Positions 1 through 10,991 of a stretch of 38,649 bases of DNA are shown piece after piece. How positions within the stretch are numbered: position 1 is the stretch's first letter; the number at the start of each line of letters is the position of its first letter. The notes under the pieces were generated by a model. That model was given only the letters and a program-made list of their open reading frames with translations. It did not search any database and had not been told where the DNA came from. Source of the stretch: Salisapilia sapeloensis CBS 127946 (Eukaryota > Protista > Oomycota); the NCBI GenBank assembly GCA_023334545.1, contig JAADVB010000183.1, positions 1-38,649 on the forward strand, read 5' to 3'. The position numbers were made by a program, and so were the translations under genes.

Positions 1-2130
1 ACAAGAGGGCAGACACCAGTGCTTCAAAGTACGCTTCCTCCTCAAGTGCATCAATCAGCTATCGTGCACCCATATCAAGCGAGTGGTAATTGGAGTACAA
101 TATCAACAAGCCAGCCAGTTATAAATGCCTCACAGCAATACCCGAACGAAATGGGCCACCCACACACGATACCGAGTACCCATACTGGTCAACTCATGTA
201 TCCGAATGGTATTACGAATATGTACAATAGTACCGGAATACTTCCCGCACAATACTCATCAGTACAACATCCTGTGAACTCCAACTGGAACAATCCTCCG
301 TCTCCTTGCCGGAGCGCAGGGATACTTAATCCCCAACAACCATACGTGAACGCACCATACCATCCAACAATGCCACCTGACACGCATCAAGTGCCGCCTT
401 CCACGGCACCCTCCGACGCTACAATACAAGATTACCACATGCCAAATATGGTACCGACGTATCCTAACGAAAACATTATAATGGCAAACAATGCATCAAA
501 TAATAGAGGGGGTAGAAAACGCGTTGGTTTGCAGAGTGATACAGGTTTATCTTCTGGTGCTGTATCAAATGTCTTGCATGCATCTGATCCGAATGGAGTT
601 TCTGGAAAAGACTTTAATCAAATACAAAAAGAGAAAAAAATTAGGCAGCAGCAAGAGATGCAAGCTCAGTTACAGCGTCAAATCGACGAAAAGAAGAGAT
701 TAAAAGAAGAGGAGAAGCGTAGGAAACAAGAGGAAGATCGAAAGGAGATGGAGAGGTTGGAACGAGAGCAGCGTCTGTTAAAGGAGCAGGAACAAAGGGA
801 GATACAAGAAAAGAAGCAGAAAGCAGCCAAAGAGCTCTTACAAGCACAGCAAGAAGCAATGACAGCGCAAGAAGCAAAACAACGCAATAAAAGGAAGAAT
901 AGCAATGAAAACGAAAATAGAGAAGTACTTCCTCATCCAAAAGAATTGGCGAATACGTCTATGGATAACCGTGTGGAGCCATTTGCTCAAAGTCAACAAT
1001 TCAAGCCATCATACCATCCTCCAGAGCATCAGATGAATATACCGTTTGAGCAATCTCATCATGCCGTTCATTCCCCGCCAAGACAACAAAATGATGCGTC
1101 CCAGCAACGACTCGAAGCTCCTGATTTTACAGTAGAGCTACAGAAGCAATGCGAAATGCTTCGAAGGGAATTGCATATTCAAAGACAAGAAATGGAACAA
1201 CTTCGAAGAGAGCATCTGGAGCTCCAACAACAAAATCTTGATCCGCAAGCTCAACGAAGCGTACAGTTATCATCCTATCAGAAAGATGAAAGTAAAACCA
1301 CGAATGACCATGAGCGACTACAGTTTGAACTTCGGATGCAGCGCGAAGAAATTGCTCAACTACGCCAAGCCCATTGGGACCATCAACGCCAAGCACAGTA
1401 TAATCGATCTCAATTACCAAATGCACCGGCTCTTGATTCTCCCGCGAGACCGAGTGAAGTCGATCGACCCACAACGGCTTCGGATCTGGAAAAGCTACGC
1501 GAGGAACTAAAGCGGGAACTGGACGAGCGAGAAAGACAACATCAAGAGCAGCTGAACGCTCTTCGAAGAGAACAATTCAAGAGAGCTAGTTATGAAAATC
1601 AAACAAGACCAGTAATTGCGAGTCGAACGAGTAACTCGATGGCAAATGCTACGTTTGAGTGTGAAAGTGAGCTTGTGTATGTGAAGGATGCAATCATTGA
1701 TGATAATCAAAATGAGGAAGACGATCAATTTGAATTGTATCTGTCACCTGGAGTTCAAGTATCAACCTCTTCAATGCAACATTCGCCCAGTCGGAACCAT
1801 CGTTATTCGTATACATTTCGAGATGGAGGTTTAGAAGATAGCGTTGCGTCCCAGACGGATGAGCAAACTGGTAAAGAGAGAAGTAGTCTGACTGGAAATG
1901 AATTAGAAGCCATTTTCCAACGAAATTTACAGCGACATGAAATCTTAAAGCAGTATAACGCTTCTGAGTCCATCCAACAGCCTGACTGGAACAGACAAAA
2001 ACTTCAGCAACAGCTCCGAGATATTAAAACTGGCAAGCTGAGTGCTCGGAAAGCAATGGAGGCGCCAGAGGATTTGACAGTCGAAGAGAGTCTTGCAGCT
2101 TCTTCGAAATGGGTATCATCTCCTCAATAA
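1..2130 (+). CDS. 5'-truncated low-complexity/coiled-coil protein with a CCDC66/CSPP1-like charged helix (putative centrosome/cilium protein)
   Basis: Frame 1 is open from base 1 to TAA at 2128-2130. The ORF-track start at 19 is a GTG, so the true start is probably upstream. A P/Q/S/N-rich N-part is followed by QQQEMQAQLQRQIDEKKRLKEEEKRRKQEEDRKEMERLEREQ (about 650-780), which resembles the CCDC66-domain signature, then further coiled coils. Family call by eye. Confidence 0.6.
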   Translation, partial: TRGQTPVLQSTLPPQVHQSAIVHPYQASGNWSTISTSQPVINASQQYPNEMGHPHTIPSTHTGQLMYPNGITNMYNSTGILPAQYSSVQHPVNSNWNNPPSPCRSAGILNPQQPYVNAPYHPTMPPDTHQVPPSTAPSDATIQDYHMPNMVPTYPNENIIMANNASNNRGGRKRVGLQSDTGLSSGAVSNVLHASDPNGVSGKDFNQIQKEKKIRQQQEMQAQLQRQIDEKKRLKEEEKRRKQEEDRKEMERLEREQRLLKEQEQREIQEKKQKAAKELLQAQQEAMTAQEAKQRNKRKNSNENENREVLPHPKELANTSMDNRVEPFAQSQQFKPSYHPPEHQMNIPFEQSHHAVHSPPRQQNDASQQRLEAPDFTVELQKQCEMLRRELHIQRQEMEQLRREHLELQQQNLDPQAQRSVQLSSYQKDESKTTNDHERLQFELRMQREEIAQLRQAHWDHQRQAQYNRSQLPNAPALDSPARPSEVDRPTTASDLEKLREELKRELDERERQHQEQLNALRREQFKRASYENQTRPVIASRTSNSMANATFECESELVYVKDAIIDDNQNEEDDQFELYLSPGVQVSTSSMQHSPSRNHRYSYTFRDGGLEDSVASQTDEQTGKERSSLTGNELEAIFQRNLQRHEILKQYNASESIQQPDWNRQKLQQQLRDIKTGKLSARKAMEAPEDLTVEESLAASSKWVSSPQ

Positions 2131-2843
2131 ACTGTTATGAAGAAAATATCAATCTGAGAGTTGAGTGCATACTGGTCAAGTGCTTGCGTTTGAATAGAGC
2201 CCAAAATTACTTGGATCATACCAATTGCTAGAGAAACACAGAAAGCATTCACATGTCTCTTTGGTTTCAAAGGATGAAGATATCGACATTAGACAGCAGG
2301 AAGATAATTTAAAAGTGGAAGCTGTACTTCAGACTCCTGCACAGAACACAAAGGCAAGACATTGAGCATAGGTTGAAGTCGAAGTTGTATCTGAGTACAT
2401 GGATACTAGATCTCTCAACCATGGTTTTTAACTGGAGGTCATAGACTGCAGCAGAGGTCCTCATAATTGTAGCATATCCTAGGTCATCCCAGTGCGTCCT
2501 GTGTCTCTATCTTTTATGAATATAAACGTGCAATCGTTTTAAAATTTACTGCGCAAAGCACCAAGAGGTGACTTTCGGTTTTCCTTATTTGCCTGTCTAG
2601 ATATGTATTTTTAGTTCACGTACTTGAAGCAGTACAAGCATGTATTTATGGTAGGTGTTTTGGCGTATTTCATACAAAGCTGTATTCTGGCAACACTAAT
2701 GCAATGGCATTCTGTTTCCAGCTTCTCATGGGTGTTTCGAAACGACCTAATATGAAGTGCACACAACCACCGCATAGAGCAGCCTTAACGCTCACATTTT
2801 ATCATCTGCTGCCGTCGAGCAGACTCGGATTATCGTTGCAGCT

Positions 2844-5303
2844 ATGAGGTTTACTTGGCCTTTAATGGTCTTTGTTCTAGCAAATATGTCGCTAGCAACT
2901 GCTAGCTATGGAAACCATCGTGAGTTGCAGGCGATCGACCAAGAGACTATGGACGAAGCTCAAGACCAAGCGAATGCAATTGGAGCCTCAGCTCGCGAGT
3001 CAATGAAACAGCTTCGTGGTGGTACAGAAAAATTTTATGATGATCTCATCACAGCGGTGAATATCCTCTACTGTAACGAGCTCGTGAAGAGTGCTGCTAC
3101 TCCCGCCGATAATCCGGCACTGCGGCTTGTTCTCAAAGATAATGAGCGTGCGTACGTGACACAAGAAGGAGAATGTATCCGTGTTAATGTCGAGCTTCGC
3201 ACGGAAGACAAAGTAAAGTCTTTCTACTCCCTAGGCGGGTGTGAAGTCAAACCGAACTGCTATTGGGGTGATTTCGACCCGGTAACTGACTACGATCGAC
3301 GTCCAGTGTACTCTCTTAGCGAATCGATGATGCCACCGGCCGGCGCCATGTCCTATCCTGAGGCAGAAAAATTCTTAATGGACTGGCTGTATAGCTTCCT
3401 CATCTTCGTTGTGCCTGGTATAGTACTCGCGATACTATCCTTTCTCACACTTGTCTTTTTTCTGCTATGCCGCTGCTGCTGTAATCGTTGTGGAGGTCGT
3501 TCTCCCCGTCCTGGTGGATATACCTTCATCCAGAAGTTCTTGCCAGTACTCTTCTTCTTTGTCTTTAGCGCTGCCATCGCTGGTGTTGTAGGAGTATCCT
3601 CCCTCTACCAAAACACTATTATTGGCGCTATTGATGACACCTTTGTTGGCGCCACTTATACGCTGGGCAACAGCACGAATTGGATTGGAGATGTGAAGGC
3701 GCCACTAATTGACATTCGTGACACCGTCGTGAATTCGGCAGACGATATTCAAGTGAAACTGGACGGGTCTGACTTTATCGAAGATGGTATCGATGGCCTC
3801 ATTCTTCGGCTTAGCAAGTTTTCAGCAGATTCTTCTGGACGCACACTGCCCGAAGGCTGTGTCGAAAGCGATGATGATCCGTACTGTATTCCGTGCGAAA
3901 TCTGTCAGTCGATTAGCGACAAAATCGGTCAAGCTTCCAAAGAGATTAAAGACAATGCCGGTGAAGGTGTAGATCAGCTGAAGCAAGTCCGTCGCGATCT
4001 TAATGGTAAACTTGTGGAAATCTCGCAGTCTGTGCGAGACACTGTCAACACCAATGCAGAGTCGCTGGACGTCTTTGTTGCCACCATCAATGACACACAA
4101 GGTGAGGTGGATGTAGTTCAAGACCAATTTGACAGTCAGGAGGGCGTCCAAGATTATACTGTCATCGGTATCTTTGCCTTCCCGATTATCGTAGTCTCCC
4201 TGGGCGTCGTCGGCATTGTACTGGGACTAACACCATGCAAGTTTTTGGCGAACATTATCCACATTGCCTATCTCATAGGTTTCATTACGCTCTTTATTAC
4301 CTTTTTAATAAGCTCCATCACCCTCGCTCTCAGCGTTGTGGTTGGTGACGTGTGCGAGGTTACTGCAATCTTGGCAGATGACTGGACTATAGTACTCGGT
4401 GCTGATGCCAATGCCCTCAATGCGTGTTTCCGAAATGAGTCACTCATCGAAGTGCTAAACTTGACTGAGTCCCTGTCCTTTGCCCGAGGTGGTATTGAAT
4501 TCCCAGAGAATCAAGACATGAGCTCCATGCTAGACTTTAGCAAGTTGGATTCGTTTGCGGGTGAAATTGGCGATGCGGACGAATCGACCTTTGCAGTCAA
4601 CGACACGCAGACACTTGAGCTCCTCGATGCGTTGAACGAATATACGAACCAACCCGACGGAGGTGCTTGCAACCCAAGTAATACGTTCACATTGGACAAT
4701 ATCTTGACTCCATGGACTGTACTTGGTGGCGATGAACCTGCGGATCCGGATAAAGAAGCAAAGGAATTCGTCAAGTCCTTTTATTCCGACTACAACGATA
4801 AATGTCTGAACAATGGTCCAGGAAAAAAGTTTTCGTGTGGCGAAGATGACCAGCTCTGTTCGTTCTCGGACTTTGTGGGCGACATCTTGTATCACCCAGT
4901 CCATTCGCTGGCGCTCGTCAAGCGTGATTCCAGCGCATTTGTGGAGGCCTTAAAAACCAATATGACACGCATCCAGGACTACACGTCCGACTTTAAAACC
5001 AATATCACGGACTTGGATACTAGCATCACGGAAATCAAGGACGATCTTCAGGCGAACCTCATCCTCTACGTCGATCAATTCGAAGAAGCAATGTACTGCA
5101 CGTTCCTCGCAGACAGGTTCTTCGACATGTACGGCACGCTCTGCGACGATCTACTACCGGCATTCCTCATGCTGTCCATCATGATCCTGCTCTCCGGTAT
5201 CTTTTTGATCCCGGTGACAATCTGCCTCATCATCGCCGTTAAGCGTCTCAAGGCGCGTGGAAACGGATCCGTCGTGATGGACAACGAGCTTAAATTTAAG
5301 TAA
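2844..5303 (+). CDS. Pentaspan membrane glycoprotein, prominin/tweety-like topology (819 aa)
   Basis: Intronless ATG-TAA ORF. Topology: signal peptide (MRFTWPLMVFVLANMSLATA), TM1 followed by a Cys cluster CRCCCNRC, TM2, large Cys-containing loop, TM3-TM4 hairpin ending GDVC, second large loop with N-glycosylation sequons, TM5, short basic tail. Confidence 0.7.
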   Translation: MRFTWPLMVFVLANMSLATASYGNHRELQAIDQETMDEAQDQANAIGASARESMKQLRGGTEKFYDDLITAVNILYCNELVKSAATPADNPALRLVLKDNERAYVTQEGECIRVNVELRTEDKVKSFYSLGGCEVKPNCYWGDFDPVTDYDRRPVYSLSESMMPPAGAMSYPEAEKFLMDWLYSFLIFVVPGIVLAILSFLTLVFFLLCRCCCNRCGGRSPRPGGYTFIQKFLPVLFFFVFSAAIAGVVGVSSLYQNTIIGAIDDTFVGATYTLGNSTNWIGDVKAPLIDIRDTVVNSADDIQVKLDGSDFIEDGIDGLILRLSKFSADSSGRTLPEGCVESDDDPYCIPCEICQSISDKIGQASKEIKDNAGEGVDQLKQVRRDLNGKLVEISQSVRDTVNTNAESLDVFVATINDTQGEVDVVQDQFDSQEGVQDYTVIGIFAFPIIVVSLGVVGIVLGLTPCKFLANIIHIAYLIGFITLFITFLISSITLALSVVVGDVCEVTAILADDWTIVLGADANALNACFRNESLIEVLNLTESLSFARGGIEFPENQDMSSMLDFSKLDSFAGEIGDADESTFAVNDTQTLELLDALNEYTNQPDGGACNPSNTFTLDNILTPWTVLGGDEPADPDKEAKEFVKSFYSDYNDKCLNNGPGKKFSCGEDDQLCSFSDFVGDILYHPVHSLALVKRDSSAFVEALKTNMTRIQDYTSDFKTNITDLDTSITEIKDDLQANLILYVDQFEEAMYCTFLADRFFDMYGTLCDDLLPAFLMLSIMILLSGIFLIPVTICLIIAVKRLKARGNGSVVMDNELKFK

Positions 5304-5581
5304 GACGCGACCGTATCGTCCAAAACACAAGGTCTTGTAGACTCCTGTGAAAGACATGTATAGGTCGAATCGAAATATAATCCATCATTTACTTCTTTCC
5401 ACACGAGATACCTCGTGCGCCATGTATTGCTTCCTGCCGTACGAATCCTCTTCCTTTAAGGCAATGCAGGAATGTCCTAGCTAAAGACAAGACGTGTGCG
5501 TTTGAGAGTGCGAGTCAAGTGTCCAATGTGATTTGTATTTGTCTTCTACAGTCCCGTTACGTTCCTATAGAAATGCCGAGT

Positions 5582-8500
5582 TTACTCGAGATGAATGGCG
5601 CTCTTGACGATGCGTTCCTGCTCAATCTGGTGGACGGCAGAGTATCCGGTCGCAGGAGCCGCAGCCGACGGTCGGCCAATGTACTTGGCGCGACGGTCAT
5701 CTCCGTTGATCTGACTGAATGCCGTCTCCATGCGCGGGTTCACGTACTCCCAGAAGCCCATGTTGTGCGGCTCCTCCTGCACCCACGTGACCTCGGCATT
5801 CGGGTACAAGGCTCCTTGTTCCGCGACCTTGTCGAACGGGAACGGCGCGAGCTGCTCCACACGGACGATGGCGACGTCCTTGATACCCTTCTCCTCTCTC
5901 TCCTGTGCCAGCTCGTAGTAGATCTTACCAGAGCAGAAGACAACACGCTTCACGTCGTTCGGGGACGCAATATCATCCGGTCGCGTCTCCGGGATGAGGC
6001 GCTGGAACCGCGTGCCTTCCGCCATGTCCTCCATCTTGGACGACGCTTGACGCAGACGCAAGAGGTGCTTGGGCTGGACGGAGATCAGCGGCTTTCGGAA
6101 GTCACGGTGCACCTGTCGACGCAAGACGTGGAAGAACTGTGCCGGTGTGGAACAGTACACCACCTGCCAGTTCGCGTGCTGGATCTGCATACGATCCTCT
6201 TCGTCCATGACAGGCACAACGTCCGGCTCGTCGTCCGTCATCTGGAGGAACCTCTCCACCCGGCACGACGAATGATCTGCACCAGCGCCTTCATATCCAT
6301 GCGGAAGCATCATAACGAGTCCCGACTGACGCATCCACTTGTCCTCTCCGCTGCTAATGAACTCATCGATCATGACCTGCGCACCGTCGGCAAAGTCGCC
6401 GAACTGAGCTTCCCACATCACGAGCGCATTCGGGTTCTCGAGTGAGTACCCGAGTTCAAAGCCGAGAACGCCGTACTCGGACAAATGCGAGTTCGACGCG
6501 ACGAACTCAGCCTGTGTGTCCGGGATCGTCTGCCCAACCTCCGGTCGCTCCAACGGAGCAGACGGTGACGCACGTTTGGCCAAGTGGTTCAACGGGATGA
6601 ACTCTTCGTTCGTCGTCTGGTCATGCAGCACCGAGTGGCGGTGGCTGAACGTACCTCGCTCGACGTCCTGTCCACTGATACGGACGTGGTTGCCTTCCAG
6701 AAGGAGGGAACCCCACGCCAGCGCCTCGGCTGTACCCCAGTCGATGCCTTCTCCCGTCTCGATCGTATCCTTCTTGGCCTTTAGGATGCGCTTGAGCTGA
6801 CGGTTGAGGTCGAATCCGTCGGGTAGAGACACCATCTTGTTGCCAACGTGCTGGAGGACGTCCATGTTGACTCCAGTCTCGCGGATACGACTCTGCTGGT
6901 TCGGACTCTTGAACGACTCCCATCGATGCGCCAACCAGTCGCTCTTCTTTGTTGGCTCCCAGTCCTTGCTCTCTTCAAACGTGCGTTGGAAGAAGTTCCA
7001 CACCTTGTCGACGATACCATCACATTCTTCCTCCTTGGCAACCTTGTTGTCCACCAAGTGCTTCTTGTATGTATCCAAGACAGATGGCATGTCGCTGATC
7101 TTCTGGTACATGAGTGGCTGCGTGAAGAGCGGGTTATCGATTTCATTGTGGCCGAAACGACGGTAGCACGTAAGGTTCACGATCACGTCCTGACGCCACT
7201 GCTGTCTCCACTCGGCCGCGAACTCAAACACCTTGACGACAGCCTCTGGGTCGTCGCCATTGACATGCAAGATCGGAACGTCCAGTGCTTTGCCCAAGTC
7301 GGAGCAGTACTCGGACGATCGGCCGTCGCGCATGTCGGTTGTGAAACCCACTTGGTTGTTCACGACGACGTGGACTGTTCCGCCCGTGCCGTAGTTGTCC
7401 AGACCAGCCAAGTTCATCGTCTCGTAGACGACGCCTTGTCCGGCGAATGCAGCGTCACCGTGAAGCAGGAGAGGCATCACCTTCTTCTCGGCATCGTCGT
7501 CGTTGCCGAGGTAGAACTGCTTCGCCTTGGCTTTACCGACGACAACAGGGTCCACGGCTTCCAAGTGCGACGGATTCGCCACAAGTGACAGGTGGATGTT
7601 ACGTCCGTCCGGGTATGTTCGGTCGTATGACGTACCGAGATGGTACTTGACGTCTCCGGCGTTGGACCAATCGGCCATGCTCGAGTCTTTGTATTGCTCC
7701 AAGTCAATGTGCGTGCCTTGGAACTCCTTAAAGATCTGTTGGATGGGCTTCCGGATGACGTTCGAGAGGACGTTAAGACGACCTCGGTGGGCCATACCGA
7801 TGACAATGTGCTCGACGCCGAGCTCCGTGGCTCGATCGACCATGAACTTGAGGCCAGGGATGAGAGACTCGGCACCGTCGAGACCGAAACGCTTGGTCGT
7901 GTTGTACTTGTTGTTCAAGAAACGCTCAAAGACGACGGAGAACGAGAGACGTTCCATGAGGTGCATTTGCTTCTTGTGCGATTCCTCCGCTTGGACCAAA
8001 TGCTCGAGCTTGGCACGAATCCAGTTACACTTGTCACGGTCGAGAATGTGCATATACTGGACGCCAATCGTGTTGCAGTACGTCTCCTTGAGACGGTTGA
8101 CAATGTCGCCGAGCGTCATGTCGTTCTTACCGTCCGCGAGCTCTTCCAAGAAGCCAGACACGCCAGACGAACTGCAGAACAGAGTGAGATACAGACGAGG
8201 ATAAATATTGCGTAGTTGACGTACAAGTTCTTCGGGATATCAATGACACGGTCCAAGTCGGCGTCCGTGAAGCCGTACATCTTAATGTCGAGCTCCGGCG
8301 GGTCCTTGCGCTGGGTCAAGCCCAACGGATCGAGCTTGGCAGCTTCGTGACCACGCACTTGGTACGCACGGATCAAGTAACTGAGTCCCAGGGCATCGTT
8401 CTGCTCCGTGGACATGGCGGAGGAGGCACCAGCCGCACGAGCGACGGGCGTGACGCCGCTCATGATGGTCGGAGGCGGGATGAAGGCCTCGCCTGGCACG

Positions 8501-8797
8501 GCTCCCTTTTCCACTTGTCGAAAGTAGACATCCCACGACTTGTGGACACTGGTGGAGAGCATTAGCGGGAGAGCACGATGATATCTAACGCAATAATTTG
8601 TACCTGGACGGATCTTGTTTCCAGGAAGAGTACATTTCCTCCACGTAGGCGTTGTTCGTGCCGGAGAGGAAGGTCTCACTGGCATGCGGTGTGGATGCGT
8701 ACCATCGCTGGAAGGGTGTGTTGGCTGGACGGACGGACGCGCGCTGGACGCTGCGTCTCGCGAGCTTGGAAGCTGCTCCAAGCCACTGCGGCGCCAT
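5582..8797 (-). CDS. OGDH: 2-oxoglutarate dehydrogenase E1 component, mitochondrial precursor (about 1035 aa; exons 8797-8604, 8548-8225, 8171-5582)
   Basis: Arg/Ser-rich presequence, then FLSGTNNAYVEEMY, SVHKSWDVYF, LIRAYQVRGH, KRFGLDGAE, MAHRGRLNVL, GDVKYHLG, NPSHLE, the ThDP motif GDAAFAGQG...NNQ, YRRFGHNE, RISGQDVERGTFSHRH and WVQEEP. Two GT-AG introns join all pieces in frame (3108 nt). Confidence 0.97.
8172..8224 (-). other. Spliceosomal intron 2 of OGDH (53 nt)
   Basis: GTACGT...TGCAG; splicing gives IPKN-F-SSGVSGFLEEL in frame. Confidence 0.9.
8549..8603 (-). other. Spliceosomal intron 1 of OGDH (55 nt)
   Basis: GTACAA...ACCAG; splicing gives WKQDPS-S-VHKSW in frame. Confidence 0.9.
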
Positions 8798-10991
8798 GGT
8801 CTAGAAAAAAGGCTTGGGTGTTGCGCGTAGCAAAGGGAAAATGGCACAGGAGATTGTGAGCCGTCGATACGACGATGGTCTCTTGGCACCTGACAAAGTC
8901 CCTCGAGATCGAATGTGCGGTTGGGAGCGCATTTAACGGTATTCGTTTCCGAGAAACGAATAAATGGAATGGGTTTGGGACGATGGTTCTGTTCAACAGG
9001 TAGAGGTAGAGAGATGAAAGAGTGGTATGGTTTGAAGAGAAGGACGGAGGGAGTTGGATGGTATGGTGCTTTGGAGTTGGAAATGTGGTTAAAAAAGACA
9101 TGGGCGTGTTGAGTAGGTTGAACGAAGATGATCATGGCTAAATGTCGACTAGTGATTGCTCGCGTTAGTGATTAGACCTGAGTGATTTGTGGATGCAGAA
9201 AACAGTATGTGACAGACCAGGTTTGTATGAGCAAAGCCCTATGAAGCTGTAGGTAGATGTGGATTCCGTATCTAAATTGTGTCTTATGCATTCTGTTGCT
9301 GGATACGAAAGATATCACTTAACGCGGTTTTGCATGAACTTGTACTTGTATTTTGCTAAGAGATGAAAACCTGCTTGCAAAGCAGAACGGAGGAAGGAGG
9401 CACAGAATGTAGTGGATTTATGGAGAAGTATAGAAGTGAACGATTTCAGTTGACGCATATCCGCTGAACGCTATGAGCGGGATCGGAGTCTACAATGAGG
9501 ATCACGAGATCCAAGATACTTTAATATCATGCGTCGAGAATTTATAGTCTACTTATCCTGTGCGGAGAGATAGCGCAGTATCAAAATGATTGAATGAAAA
9601 GCTGCATGTGACTTTTACATTCATCAAAATCAGAGTCGCTTGTTAGTTCAAAACGTTCCATTAGATGCTTCTGGTGTCCAGACACCAAAAGCCTTCCCAA
9701 TTGTAGATGAATCGAACACATTGTAAAAAGACATGCAGGTACGTCGTACTTCAAAGCTCGGCTACTGGGCATTGCACCAACGAGCACGATTTTTTACTTG
9801 CTTGGGACTCAACTTTACCTTTAAACATCATACATACGTTTCCAAAAACGTGTACAATTGCGACGAAATCATTTTGTCTGCTCTATGTAGGTCCTCGTTG
9901 TAGGCATTGTCTTATTTTGGCATTTTCGGCATGCGTCCAGAGATTAAAAACAAAATCATCATAGGAAGCATAAAGCGGTTATTTGTCGGTTATCCAAGTG
10001 TCCATTAGGCAAGGAAAGCGTCATGAAGCCGCTTGGAAGAGAGATACTTGCAATGATCTATATTTACCATATTAAAACCATGTTGTACCAACTTATGCAT
10101 CAATCTGCGTTCGCTGAAACTCGTCTTTGGGCAACTTGCTTTTGCATATCAAGACAGTCACTCCATCTCAGTACTAACAAATCACATCTTTCAAGACTAG
10201 TGTTATTAAATCAGGTGCCTTTGGGTTTCAATGATAGGTATGAGCAAGAGCTGAGCTTCTTCTTTCTAGGCATAGCAACGCGAGTTCCACAGAAGCTCGC
10301 CTGTGTGCTTTGAACGTTTCGAAGACCATCAGGTTCTTTGCTGGACGTATTCAGCTTGGTTGGAAAGACTATTATCAGTGTTCTCCATTATAAAGCTATA
10401 CCAGTAAAGCCAAATCCCATTGCTGTTCTCCACTTTGTCCATTCGATTGACAGAAAGCCGACTACGAAAACTGAAGTGGATAGAGAGTTACCGAAATAAA
10501 ACGAATCTCAATTTCTACATATATGAGGCAGCTTTGCAAGTAAAAATTAAATGAAAGAAGCGAAAGAAGAGTGCAAGTACAGGATGTCAGTACGTAGGAA
10601 TATAATAGTTTGTGAGCATCTACTAACAGGACATCTACGGGTATAGTTCATATATAGACAGAGAGGCAAAGATAGATAAGATGAGACAAGAGAAGAGTTT
10701 CCATTGGATTTACTCAAACTTTAGCTTTCCATACTACGGTCGTTGTCCATGGACACGCCAATCCACGCTTCATCTTGGGTCTTCAAAACAGCTTTTGCTC
10801 TGAAATAGCTTTCAAACGTACTCTTGTATCTACACAACACTCTTCTCGAGGCTAACTCACAAGTAGCTGTGCATGAGCAGGCTAGATATGTACCGACACA
10901 AGCAGCACTTGGTAACTTTAGAATACAACTTTAACAAGATTATATTTTATTGCAGTGTTTATAATTATGATTTCTGTTGAAACTTTCGTAA

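Noticed and set aside
5519-8215. Long plus-strand ORFs antisense to OGDH (308, 246, 225, 191 aa)
   Set aside because: Shadow ORFs produced by the GC3 codon bias of the real gene. They have no motifs and several start at non-ATG codons.
8116-9135. 339-aa minus-strand ORF
   Set aside because: It is the frame of OGDH exon 2 read through both introns and the 5' region. Only 8548-8225 is coding in this frame.
9581-10400. Protein-like fragments on the minus strand broken by stops (for example HLQLGRLLVSGHQKHLMERFELT, MVFETFKAHRRASVELALLC)
   Set aside because: Could be a decayed gene or transposon, but I recognise no motif, terminal repeat or consistent splice pattern.
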